A stretch of 64,000 bases of DNA, from the sequence record MH445380.1. The stretch is one strand, 5' to 3'. The number at the start of each line of letters is the position of its first letter. The stretch's first letter is position 1. The DNA comes from Escherichia phage P1. The notes below the pieces were generated by a model. The model was given only the letters and a program-made list of their open reading frames with translations, did no database searches and was not told where the DNA came from. The position numbers were made by a program, and so were the translations under genes. Positions 33,296 through 42,317 of the stretch are shown piece by piece.

Positions 33296-34873
33296 TTATC
33301 CTCGTTTTTCCCAAAACTGTTTTGCCAGTTCGCTCAGAGCGCTAGTTAACTGAGCGACAGATTTCGCACTTTGCAAATTATTCTGCCCGGTCTGTACATT
33401 GGTATCAGCAGCATCGCGTATATTGATAATACTGCGGTTTATGTCTTCACTTACTGCTCCCTGCTGCTCGACCGCAGTCGCTATTTGCGCGTTCATGTCG
33501 GTAATTTCGTTAACGCGTTGGCCAATTCCATCAAGAGCTGTAGCTGCTTCCTCTGCGTGAGCTACACTCGTGTGCGCTTGCCGACTACTTTGCTCCATGA
33601 CTGTAACAGCGGATTGCGCTCGCTCTTGTAGAGCGCTGATCATGCTTTGAATATCCGTTGTCGATTGCTGTGTGCGAGCAGCAAGACTGCGAACCTCATC
33701 GGCGACAACAGCAAAACCACGCCCCTGCTCACCAGCACGCGCGGCCTCAATTGCTGCGTTGAGTGCCAACAAATTCGTTTGCTCGGCGATCCCTCGTATA
33801 ACGTCAAGAACTTTTGATATCTCGTTACTTTGACCTTCAAGCTCATGAATAACCTGAGTGGCTTGCCTAATTTCACCTTCAAGGGCAGTGATTGACTGGC
33901 TTGTGTGGGCTACCAGACGCTGGCCAGATGCCGTCTCAGTGTCTGCTCTTCCGGCCGCATCTGCAGCATGCTGTGCATTGCTCGCAACCTCTTGAATGCT
34001 TGCCACCATTTGGTTTACTGCCGTTGCTATTTGATCTGTCTCTGCCTGCTGCTCAACTGTAAGTACATTGCTTGACTCAATATCCTTTAGTAGGCCTCGG
34101 GTGTGTTCGCTAAGCCGATTTGATGCATCACCTATGCGACCTACTATGGCGCCTGTTTCAGCTTGCATCATTCGTAAAGCAAACTCTATTTGGCCAAACT
34201 CATCGGTGCGCCCAGTGTAGAGGGATTGACTTAATGGGTTATTGGAAATATTCCTGGCTCTTTCAACCAGTCTTCCAAGAGGAGAGAGAATAGCCAAAAC
34301 ACTAACAGAGCTTAAGCTTCCTGACATTAAAGTGGCTAACAATAAGCTGCTTATTGATGTATCAGTAAGCATGCCGGCAGCCATTGCGCTTGATATAATA
34401 CTACCCCATATGAGCAAGAGTATTTTCACGGAAAAGCTAGCAGCCAATTTCGGCCTCGCGGCCTTCCCGCTTCTCAATTGAGCATATAATTTTTCCGCAG
34501 CCAAAACCTGCTCAGGTTCAGGCTTGGTCCTTACAGACTGGTATTCAACAATCGAACCATTCTTAGCTATTGGCGTTACATAAGCACTTACCCAATAGTG
34601 GTCGCCATTTTTACAGCGATTTTTTACTAGCCCCATCCATGAGCGGCCAGATTTTAATGTACTCCACATATGCTCAAATGCAGCAGGCGGCATATCTGGG
34701 TGTCTTACGATGTTGTGAGGCTGGCCTAATAGTTCTTCCTCAGTGAAACCACTGATTTTAATGAAGTCAGGATTAACGTACGTGATATGGCTTTGAGGGG
34801 AGGTAGTCGAAAGAATATTGGCATCTTTTGGGAGTTCTAAGTTTCGACCCGTCACTGGTAAATTCTGGCGCAT
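33296..34873 (-). CDS. mcp: PAS-domain methyl-accepting chemotaxis-like protein of Tn1721 (orfI)
   Basis: 525-aa ORF: N-terminal PAS-like segment, TM region, highly conserved MCP signalling domain (...[31 protein letters not shown]...). Confidence 0.85.
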   Translation of the reverse strand: MRQNLPVTGRNLELPKDANILSTTSPQSHITYVNPDFIKISGFTEEELLGQPHNIVRHPDMPPAAFEHMWSTLKSGRSWMGLVKNRCKNGDHYWVSAYVTPIAKNGSIVEYQSVRTKPEPEQVLAAEKLYAQLRSGKAARPKLAASFSVKILLLIWGSIISSAMAAGMLTDTSISSLLLATLMSGSLSSVSVLAILSPLGRLVERARNISNNPLSQSLYTGRTDEFGQIEFALRMMQAETGAIVGRIGDASNRLSEHTRGLLKDIESSNVLTVEQQAETDQIATAVNQMVASIQEVASNAQHAADAAGRADTETASGQRLVAHTSQSITALEGEIRQATQVIHELEGQSNEISKVLDVIRGIAEQTNLLALNAAIEAARAGEQGRGFAVVADEVRSLAARTQQSTTDIQSMISALQERAQSAVTVMEQSSRQAHTSVAHAEEAATALDGIGQRVNEITDMNAQIATAVEQQGAVSEDINRSIINIRDAADTNVQTGQNNLQSAKSVAQLTSALSELAKQFWEKRG

Positions 34874-35182
34874 AAGAACCTCAAGGGTTGGCTGTTTTAT
34901 TTTATTGTTTTCGGCATTAAGCCCAATTTCTTGAGCGTTACGATAAAGCTAGCATGGAAACGATAGGTGCAAGCAAGTTAAGGGTTGCATCGCGCATGTC
35001 AATCTAGGCTATACCCTAACTTGATGTCAGGCAGGGCCGCGCCGCTTCGTCAGAATAGAGTCTGCTTTCCCATTTTTTGACACATGCCCGCGAAGGTTAT
35101 AGATTTCAGCCTGACAGAAATGGGCTTTGAGGCACAACGGAACAGAAAGTGCACTTAAGCCGCCTTCAACCAAGGAGACATC
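34874..35182. promoter_or_regulatory. Tn1721 res / divergent promoter region
   Basis: Intergenic region between divergent mcp and tnpR. Confidence 0.5.
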
Positions 35183-35743
35183 GTGCAGGGGCACCGCATC
35201 GGCTACGTCCGGGTCAGCAGCTTTGACCAGAACCCGGAACGCCAGCTGGAACAAACCCAGGTGAGCAAGGTGTTCACCGACAAGGCATCGGGCAAGGACA
35301 CCCAGCGCCCCCAGCTCGAAGCGCTGCTGAGCTTCGTCCGCGAAGGCGATACAGTGGTGGTGCACAGCATGGATCGGCTGGCCCGCAACCTCGATGACCT
35401 GCGTCGCTTGGTACAGAAGCTGACTCAGCGCGGCGTGCGCATCGAGTTCCTGAAGGAGGGCCTGGTGTTCACTGGCGAGGACTCGCCGATGGCCAACCTG
35501 ATGCTGTCGGTGATGGGGGCCTTCGCTGAGTTCGAGCGCGCCCTGATCCGCGAGCGGCAGCGTGAGGGCATCGCCTTGGCCAAGCAGCGTGGCGCGTACC
35601 GGGGCCGCAAGAAAGCCCTGTCCGATGAGCAGGCTGCTACCCTGCGGCAGCGAGCGACGGCCGGCGAGCCCAAGGCGCAGCTTGCCCGCGAGTTCAACAT
35701 CAGCCGGGAAACCCTCTACCAGTACCTCCGCACGGACGACTGA
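35183..35743 (+). CDS. tnpR: Tn1721-type resolvase TnpR (186 aa)
   Basis: [21 protein letters not shown]...; distinct sequence from the Tn21 copy. Confidence 0.95.
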   Translation: MQGHRIGYVRVSSFDQNPERQLEQTQVSKVFTDKASGKDTQRPQLEALLSFVREGDTVVVHSMDRLARNLDDLRRLVQKLTQRGVRIEFLKEGLVFTGEDSPMANLMLSVMGAFAEFERALIRERQREGIALAKQRGAYRGRKKALSDEQAATLRQRATAGEPKAQLAREFNISRETLYQYLRTDD

Positions 35744-35746
35744 CAC

Positions 35747-38713
35747 ATGCCGCGTCGCTTGATCCTCTCGGCCACGGAGCGGGACACCCTGCTTGCGCTG
35801 CCGGAAAGCCAGGATGACCTGATCCGCTACTACACCTTCAACGACTCCGACCTGTCGCTGATCCGCCAGCGACGCGGCGACGCCAACCGCCTCGGCTTCG
35901 CCGTGCAGCTCTGCCTGCTGCGCTACCCCGGTTACGCGCTGGGAACCGACAGCGAGCTGCCCGAGCCGGTCATCCTGTGGGTGGCGAAGCAAGTCCAGGC
36001 CGAGCCGGCGAGCTGGGCAAAGTACGGCGAGCGCGACGTGACCCGTCGCGAGCATGCCCAGGAACTGCGCACCTACCTGCAACTGGCCCCGTTCGGCCTG
36101 TCCGACTTCCGCGCCCTGGTGCGCGAGCTAACCGAGCTGGCCCAGCAGACCGACAAAGGCTTGCTGCTGGCCGGTCAGGCCCTGGAGAGCCTACGGCAGA
36201 AACGACGCATCCTGCCGGCGCTGAGCGTGATTGACCGGGCCTGCTCGGAAGCCATTGCGCGAGCCAATCGGCGGGTCTACCGCGCCCTGGTCGAACCACT
36301 CACGGACTCGCATCGGGCCAAGCTGGACGAGCTGTTGAAGCTCAAGGCCGGCAGCAGCATCACCTGGTTGACCTGGCTGCGCCAGGCACCGCTGAAACCC
36401 AACTCTCGGCACATGCTGGAACACATCGAGCGGCTGAAGACATTTCAGTTGGTGGACTTGCCCGAAGGCCTGGGCCGGCACATCCACCAGAACCGCCTGC
36501 TCAAGCTGGCCCGCGAGGGTGGGCAGATGACGCCCAAAGACCTCGGTAAGTTCGAGCCGCAGCGCCGCTACGCGACCCTGGCCGCCGTGGTGCTGGAGAG
36601 CACCGCGACCGTGATCGATGAGCTGGTCGATCTGCATGACCGCATCCTGGTCAAGCTGTTCAGCGGCGCGAAGCACAAGCATCAGCAGCAGTTCCAGAAG
36701 CAGGGCAAGGCGATCAACGACAAGGTGCGCCTGTACTCCAGGATCGGCCAGGCGCTGCTGGAAGCGAAGGAAAGCGGCAGCGACCCCTATGCCGCCATCG
36801 AGGCGGTGATTCCCTGGGACGAGTTCACCGAGAGCGTCAGCGAGGCCGAGCTGCTGGCCCGGCCGGAAGGCTTCGACCACCTGCACCTGGTCGGCGAGAA
36901 CTTCGCCACCCTGCGCCGTTACACGCCGGCCTTGCTGGAGGTGCTGGAACTGCGCGCCGCGCCGGCCGCGCAAGGCGTGCTGGCAGCCGTGCAGACCCTG
37001 CGTGAGATGAACGCCGACAACCTGCGCAAGGTGCCGGCCGATGCACCCACGGCCTTCATCAAGCCGCGCTGGAAGCCGCTGGTGATCACCCCGGAAGGCC
37101 TCGACCGGAAATTCTACGAAATCTGCGCCCTGTCCGAGCTGAAGAACGCCCTGCGCTCCGGCGACATCTGGGTCAAGGGCTCGCGGCAGTTCCGCGACTT
37201 CGACGACTACCTGCTGCCGGCCGAGAAGTTCGCCGCACTCAAGCGCGAGCAGGCCCTGCCCCTGGCGATCAACCCGAACAGCGACCAGTACCTGGAAGAG
37301 CGTTTGCAGCTGCTGGACGAGCAGTTGGCCACCGTCACCCGCCTGGCCAAGGACAACGAGCTGCCCGATGCCATCCTCACCGAGTCAGGGCTGAAAATCA
37401 CCCCGCTGGATGCGGCGGTGCCGGATCGGGCGCAGGCGCTGATCGACCAAACCAGCCAGTTACTGCCGCGCATCAAGATCACCGAATTGCTGATGGACGT
37501 GGACGACTGGACGGGCTTCAGCCGCCACTTCACCCACTTGAAGGACGGGGCCGAGGCCAAAGACAGGACGTTGCTGCTGTCCGCAATCCTCGGTGATGCG
37601 ATCAACCTCGGGCTGACCAAGATGGCCGAGTCGAGCCCCGGCCTGACCTACGCCAAGCTGTCCTGGCTGCAAGCCTGGCACATCCGCGACGAAACCTATT
37701 CGGCGGCCTTGGCCGAGCTGGTCAACCACCAGTATCGCCACGCCTTTGCCGCCCACTGGGGCGACGGCACGACCTCATCCTCCGATGGCCAGCGCTTCCG
37801 CGCGGGTGGCCGGGGCGAGAGCACCGGGCACGTCAACCCGAAGTACGGTAGCGAGCCGGGACGGCTGTTCTATACCCACATCTCCGACCAATACGCGCCA
37901 TTCCACACCAAGGTGGTCAATGTCGGCCTGCGCGACTCAACCTACGTGCTCGACGGCCTGCTGTACCACGAGTCCGACCTGCGGATCGAGGAGCACTACA
38001 CCGACACGGCCGGCTTCACCGATCACGTCTTTGCCCTGATGCACCTGCTAGGCTTCCGCTTCGCGCCGCGCATCCGCGACCTCGGCGAAACCAAGCTGTA
38101 CGTGCCGCAGGGCGTGCAAGCCTACCCGACGTTGCGCCCGCTGATCGGCGGCACCCTGAACATCAAGCACGTGCGTGCCCACTGGGACGACATCCTGCGC
38201 CTGGCCAGCTCGATCAAGCAGGGCACCGTCACCGCCTCGCTGATGCTGCGCAAGCTCGGCAGCTACCCGCGCCAGAACGGACTGGCCGTGGCCCTGCGCG
38301 AGCTGGGCCGGATCGAGCGCACGCTGTTCATCCTGGACTGGCTGCAAAGTGTTGAACTGCGCCGCCGCGTGCATGCCGGCCTGAACAAAGGTGAGGCGCG
38401 CAACTCGCTGGCCAGGGCGGTGTTCTTCAACCGCCTTGGGGAAATCAGGGATCGGAGCTTCGAGCAGCAGCGCTACCGGGCCAGCGGCCTCAACCTGGTG
38501 ACGGCGGCTATCGTGCTGTGGAACACGGTGTACCTGGAACGCGCCACCCAGGGGTTGGTCGAGGCCGGCAAGCCGGTGGACGGCGAGCTGCTGCAATTCC
38601 TGTCGCCGCTGGGCTGGGAGCACATCAACCTAACCGGCGATTACGTCTGGCGGCAGAGCCGCAGACTGGAAGACGGGAAGTTTCGGCCCTTACGGATGCC
38701 CGGAAAACCTTAG
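35747..38713 (+). CDS. tnpA: Tn1721-type transposase TnpA (988 aa)
   Basis: 988-aa Tn3-family transposase, diverged from the Tn21 TnpA at 5647..8613. Confidence 0.95.
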   Translation: MPRRLILSATERDTLLALPESQDDLIRYYTFNDSDLSLIRQRRGDANRLGFAVQLCLLRYPGYALGTDSELPEPVILWVAKQVQAEPASWAKYGERDVTRREHAQELRTYLQLAPFGLSDFRALVRELTELAQQTDKGLLLAGQALESLRQKRRILPALSVIDRACSEAIARANRRVYRALVEPLTDSHRAKLDELLKLKAGSSITWLTWLRQAPLKPNSRHMLEHIERLKTFQLVDLPEGLGRHIHQNRLLKLAREGGQMTPKDLGKFEPQRRYATLAAVVLESTATVIDELVDLHDRILVKLFSGAKHKHQQQFQKQGKAINDKVRLYSRIGQALLEAKESGSDPYAAIEAVIPWDEFTESVSEAELLARPEGFDHLHLVGENFATLRRYTPALLEVLELRAAPAAQGVLAAVQTLREMNADNLRKVPADAPTAFIKPRWKPLVITPEGLDRKFYEICALSELKNALRSGDIWVKGSRQFRDFDDYLLPAEKFAALKREQALPLAINPNSDQYLEERLQLLDEQLATVTRLAKDNELPDAILTESGLKITPLDAAVPDRAQALIDQTSQLLPRIKITELLMDVDDWTGFSRHFTHLKDGAEAKDRTLLLSAILGDAINLGLTKMAESSPGLTYAKLSWLQAWHIRDETYSAALAELVNHQYRHAFAAHWGDGTTSSSDGQRFRAGGRGESTGHVNPKYGSEPGRLFYTHISDQYAPFHTKVVNVGLRDSTYVLDGLLYHESDLRIEEHYTDTAGFTDHVFALMHLLGFRFAPRIRDLGETKLYVPQGVQAYPTLRPLIGGTLNIKHVRAHWDDILRLASSIKQGTVTASLMLRKLGSYPRQNGLAVALRELGRIERTLFILDWLQSVELRRRVHAGLNKGEARNSLARAVFFNRLGEIRDRSFEQQRYRASGLNLVTAAIVLWNTVYLERATQGLVEAGKPVDGELLQFLSPLGWEHINLTGDYVWRQSRRLEDGKFRPLRMPGKP

Positions 38714-38746
38714 CGTACGATTTTTTCCGAATTCTGCGGGCTCCCC
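38709..38746. repeat. Tn1721-type 38-bp IR (right, tnpA end)
   Basis: Reverse complement GGGGAGCCCGCAGAATTCGGAAAAAATCGTACGCTAAG. Confidence 0.9.
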
Positions 38747-38751
38747 GTTAA
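38747..38751. repeat. Right copy of 5-bp target-site duplication GTTAA
   Basis: gttaa directly abutting the IR. Confidence 0.75.
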
Positions 38752-38902
38752 CAGCTTCCATGATGAAATAAAAAAGCCTGGCAAGGAGCCAGGCTGCACA
38801 AAAGAGCGGGTTTGTATTCCGCATCCAATCAATCAAGAAGGAGTATAGCACACAGGTACTGAAGTGAAAAAATGTGATTCGCGATAAATAAAATATCTAC
38901 CA

Positions 38903-38919
38903 TTGCTCTAATTGATTGC
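38903..38919. promoter_or_regulatory. C1 operator-like motif overlapping a TATAAT -10 element upstream of ref
   Basis: attgctctaattgattg followed by ctataat at 38919..38925. Confidence 0.55.
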
Positions 38920-39016
38920 TATAATTGAGCCGCAGTTTTTGTCAACTACGAAGACGTTGCCATTACTTCACTCCTTGACATCATTGGCGGCCATTAGGCC
39001 GCCTTTTTTTTGCCAT

Positions 39017-39577
39017 ATGAAAACAATCGAACAAAAACTTGAACAGCGCCGCGAGTGGCAGAAGGCAGCCAGAGAACGAGCGATCGCTCGGCAACGGGAA
39101 AAGTTGGCTGACCCCGCCTGGCGAGAATCGCAATATCAGAAAATGCGGGATTCTATCGACCGCCGTATCGCTAAACAGAAAGAGCGCCCACCAGCCAGCA
39201 AAACGCGGAAAAGTGCGGTAAAAATAAAATCTCGTGGCTTGAAGGGACGAACACCGACGGCGGAGGAACGGCGTATAGCCAATGCTCTTGGCGCTCTCCC
39301 CTGCATTGCCTGCTATATGCATGGAGTAATATCTGAAGAGGTGTCTCTGCACCATATCTCCGGTCGTACCGCGCCGGGTTGTCACAAAAAGCAGTTGCCA
39401 CTTTGTAGATGGCACCACCAGCATGCAGCACCGGCTGAAGTAAGAGAAAAATACCCCTGGCTGGTCCCTGTTCATGCCGATGGTGTGGTTGGAGGCAAGA
39501 AAGAATTCACCTTGCTGAACAAGTCAGAGATGGAGTTACTGGCTGACGCCTATGAGATGGCAAACATCATGCACTAA
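39017..39577 (+). CDS. ref: Ref (recombination enhancement function) HNH-type endonuclease, 186 aa
   Basis: ATG at 39017 (MKTIEQKLEQRREWQ...); cysteine/histidine cluster CIACYMHG...CHKKQLPLCRWHHQH; position after c8 as in P1. Confidence 0.8.
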   Translation: MKTIEQKLEQRREWQKAARERAIARQREKLADPAWRESQYQKMRDSIDRRIAKQKERPPASKTRKSAVKIKSRGLKGRTPTAEERRIANALGALPCIACYMHGVISEEVSLHHISGRTAPGCHKKQLPLCRWHHQHAAPAEVREKYPWLVPVHADGVVGGKKEFTLLNKSEMELLADAYEMANIMH

Positions 39578-39766
39578 TAAATATATTATTTTTAATGATA
39601 AATGATTGACAACTGACAAGTGACTTCAGTCAGAATCATCACACGCCCGGTACGGATGGATCCCTTTTCAAATATTCCATGGACGGCACAGTCTGAGTAC
39701 CGGGCGCTACCTTCAGTTGTATTGCTAAGCCGCCGCTGGTGGCTTTTCTTTTTTGTAGGGGGCGCT

Positions 39767-40408
39767 ATGGATAAGAAAATATGCGTTGTTTCGATGAGCG
39801 TCGGCAAACCGGCGTCAATGACTGCTGCATGGATCAATAACGAGCTGATAATGGCTGAGCGGACCAGCTACCCTGAACGCCGCCGCGATATGGAACTCCA
39901 GCTGCTGCGCGAATTGCGAGAAAAAGAGGAAAAGGGTTTTATCGTGCTGGTGGAAGAGGAAAACAGCTTTATTACTGGTCGAGTTGGCCAGCGTGTAAGG
40001 TTGCGCGATCCCTTCATGAACGGCAGGCCGGTACTGATTGAAGCAATGCAGATTTACAAGGAGCTGGAACGCCAGAAAGCGATCAAGTTACCGCGCAAGG
40101 AATCCGGCAAATACATCCTCCACCAAAGCATCTTCGATTCCGAACACGATAAAAAAGGCGATGAATTTTTCAACATCAACTGGAGCGAAATAACGACAGA
40201 GCATGTTCTGACGTTACTATGTTGCTTTGCGACGGAATACAACAACGTTGCCAGCGCCGAGTACATCAGGGCAATGGCTTCTGAAGTGGATAGTCGTGAT
40301 GACTCATCGCTGATAGCGTCATATATAAACATCATCAAGAAAACTCAAATTATGGGATGCGCTAGAGTTCCTCAAGGAATACTCACCGGAAAGAATAATA
40401 TTCTATAA
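39767..40408 (+). CDS. mat: Hypothetical protein in P1 mat position (213 aa from ATG 39767); AT-rich 3-prime end
   Basis: ATG preceded by GGGGG Shine-Dalgarno; track ORF 39620..40408 starts at an upstream alternative codon; name from synteny only. Confidence 0.45.
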   Translation: MDKKICVVSMSVGKPASMTAAWINNELIMAERTSYPERRRDMELQLLRELREKEEKGFIVLVEEENSFITGRVGQRVRLRDPFMNGRPVLIEAMQIYKELERQKAIKLPRKESGKYILHQSIFDSEHDKKGDEFFNINWSEITTEHVLTLLCCFATEYNNVASAEYIRAMASEVDSRDDSSLIASYINIIKKTQIMGCARVPQGILTGKNNIL

Positions 40409-40453
40409 CCTACGAAGGTTATTTGTTACTTTCTGCGTAAACCCACAACTAAC

Positions 40454-40473
40454 CTTCCTAAGTTAAGGAAGGT
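40454..40473. terminator. Bidirectional hairpin between convergent genes
   Basis: ccttcc-taagttaa-ggaagg stem-loop followed by tattt. Confidence 0.5.
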
Positions 40474-40505
40474 ATTTATCATGAAGTGTAGACATAAGCG
40501 TATTA

Positions 40506-41546
40506 TTACATGGGCTTAACCACAACCTTTCCGTATATATCAAGTTTTGATTGTAATACGTTGACGTGAGACAATTCTTTATTCGAACTAACTTTATCTA
40601 AAATTATATTTTTATCTTTTTCAGTCATGTTATACCCTAAGGTAATTTGCTTGAATGCAGAAAAAGGAATTTTCTTTAAGTTAATTTCATGATAGTCATG
40701 AAAAACATCAGGATACTCATTCAATAGGCAATCATCAATCGATGGAGAGACAATGCTTCCTATTTTTCTCTCGCAATCAGCCAATGGAAAAATAATTCTA
40801 CTTTCATTTTCAGGAAGCCACTCTTCACCTTTTGTATAAAGAAGCCTATTAATAAAAAGCTCGCGAACTGGATCTCGATTTAAGATCCCATGCAATGTAT
40901 TATCTTTATTCTTTATATCTATATTCCTCGATGGCGCAGGATAGCCATTAAATCGCACAGCGCCTTTATAATAGGTTACAGATGCTCTATCTTCTGGATT
41001 ATAACTAACATCACACGGCCGATATATTTTAAAAAAATCGTGTGTTTCATCGAAAACTACAGCAAACCCCTTTCCTATCGATGCATAATGAGTCCACATG
41101 TGTAGATTGCAATCACTTTTTGATAGAGAGAATACACCAAGATGACAGCTTACGGCTTCTACTAAATAATCGTTAAGGTACGTTACTATTTCTTGGAGTT
41201 TAGATTCATCATATGAATCCATTGAGGTAAAACCTTCATTGATTAACAAGTGTGGAAAATCCTCTCCGTATCGTTTCCCGCAAGGTTTTAAATAATACTC
41301 TAACTCTTGTATAGATGGGACATAAGATGGATCTCGTTGCATTTTCTTAAATTCATTTCTAGCCCATGCGTAATCGGCTGGTGAAAATTTATTAAAAAAT
41401 GGAAGAAGTCGCGACTCACTCGACGGATCATTAAGATACTTTGGTTGCGTTGCTCTAAAGAAACCATCCTCCAGACAAGATGTTCTAATGTGCATGCCCG
41501 GCCAAGGTTTTTCCATATAACTCTCGCCTATATATTTAACTAACAC
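40506..41546 (-). CDS. AT-rich hypothetical protein (346 aa from GTG 41546; ATG alternative at 41516) occupying the P1 res-mod position; candidate defence gene, DUF2971-like motif
   Basis: Single long ORF, ~35% GC by eye against ~50% flanks; motif LHMWTHYASIGKGFAVVFDETHDF; AGGA 10 nt upstream of GTG. Confidence 0.6.
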   Translation of the reverse strand: MLVKYIGESYMEKPWPGMHIRTSCLEDGFFRATQPKYLNDPSSESRLLPFFNKFSPADYAWARNEFKKMQRDPSYVPSIQELEYYLKPCGKRYGEDFPHLLINEGFTSMDSYDESKLQEIVTYLNDYLVEAVSCHLGVFSLSKSDCNLHMWTHYASIGKGFAVVFDETHDFFKIYRPCDVSYNPEDRASVTYYKGAVRFNGYPAPSRNIDIKNKDNTLHGILNRDPVRELFINRLLYTKGEEWLPENESRIIFPLADCERKIGSIVSPSIDDCLLNEYPDVFHDYHEINLKKIPFSAFKQITLGYNMTEKDKNIILDKVSSNKELSHVNVLQSKLDIYGKVVVKPM

Positions 41547-41569
41547 TGTATATCGATCCTGTTGTTTAA

Positions 41570-41586
41570 GCCCATATCATATGGGC
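41570..41586. other. Perfect 17-bp palindrome between lxc stop and the candidate gene start
   Basis: gcccatatcatatgggc. Confidence 0.6.
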
Positions 41587-41598
41587 TTTAAATGATTA

Positions 41599-41847
41599 TT
41601 AATCAGCGTTCAGAAGCAATGCGTTATCTATGATGATCTGCTCCCATTCTTCGAATGCCCGGTCGCGGACGCCCTGGGGAACACTGTTAGTTTTGAAATC
41701 GACGACCGTCCGCCATTTTCCGTCAGGACGGTACATGCGCAGAGCTTTACTTCCCCCTTCCCTGCGCACCTCAACGTTATGCTTATCAGCAAACTCTTGC
41801 AATGCTCGTAGCGTCCCATGCTTTACTGTGTAGTATCGCTTCTTCAA
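41599..41847 (-). CDS. lxc: Small protein in P1 lxc (bof) position, 82 aa
   Basis: 82-aa basic ORF downstream of ulx and darB; assigned from synteny. Confidence 0.55.
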   Translation of the reverse strand: MKKRYYTVKHGTLRALQEFADKHNVEVRREGGSKALRMYRPDGKWRTVVDFKTNSVPQGVRDRAFEEWEQIIIDNALLLNAD

Positions 41848-42284
41848 GTTTTCTCTCCAGCCTGTGCCAAGGCTTCAACTTCCAAATCGTAAGACTCAAA
41901 CTCATAGTCCTGGTCGTCAACCTCTTCAGGCACTGGCAGTAAATGCCAGGCTGAGTATATCTGACCATTATCAAAACGCTCCTGGCTGTAGAGCGTCGCA
42001 GCTATGAGCGTCAGCGCCGGGCGGTCATAACGGTAAATTTTGCGAACGTCACGGTCAACGAGACGACCGAAATTACCATAACCGCGCTCCAGTAATAATT
42101 TTTTAATTTCCGGCCAGTATGGGCCATAGCTGCGGTACAGGCGGGGATTTTTCAGTAATCGCCCGCGTAGCCCTGACAGGAAGAAATCAACGTATTCGTC
42201 TTCTGTCTTTCCTAACAACGCTGTACGGAGTACCGCCTCAAGATATGTTTTATTCGGTTTTATTGTATCAGATAGTGTGGCCAT
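41844..42284 (-). CDS. ulx: Ulx-like protein (146 aa)
   Basis: ORF immediately downstream of darB, overlapping lxc start by 4 nt. Confidence 0.55.
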   Translation of the reverse strand: MATLSDTIKPNKTYLEAVLRTALLGKTEDEYVDFFLSGLRGRLLKNPRLYRSYGPYWPEIKKLLLERGYGNFGRLVDRDVRKIYRYDRPALTLIAATLYSQERFDNGQIYSAWHLLPVPEEVDDQDYEFESYDLEVEALAQAGEKT

Positions 42285-42317
42285 ATTATGCGACGCCCGG
42301 CGAACCGGGCGCTCCTG

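Larger units (their letters stand above)
33107..38746 (+). mobile_element. Tn1722 (core transposon of Tn1721): IR-mcp-res-tnpR-tnpA-IR
   Basis: 38-bp IRs with EcoRI site at 33107..33144 and 38709..38746; mcp-like gene, Tn3-family tnpR and tnpA. Confidence 0.88.

Noticed and set aside
39620-39766. N-terminal 49-codon extension of the mat-position ORF in the track
   Set aside because: Starts at a non-ATG codon with no ribosome-binding site; the ATG at 39767 has a GGGGG Shine-Dalgarno, so the shorter gene is preferred.
40890-41105. 71-aa plus-strand ORF inside the candidate gene
   Set aside because: Antisense to the long 346-codon frame in an AT-rich region; no start context.
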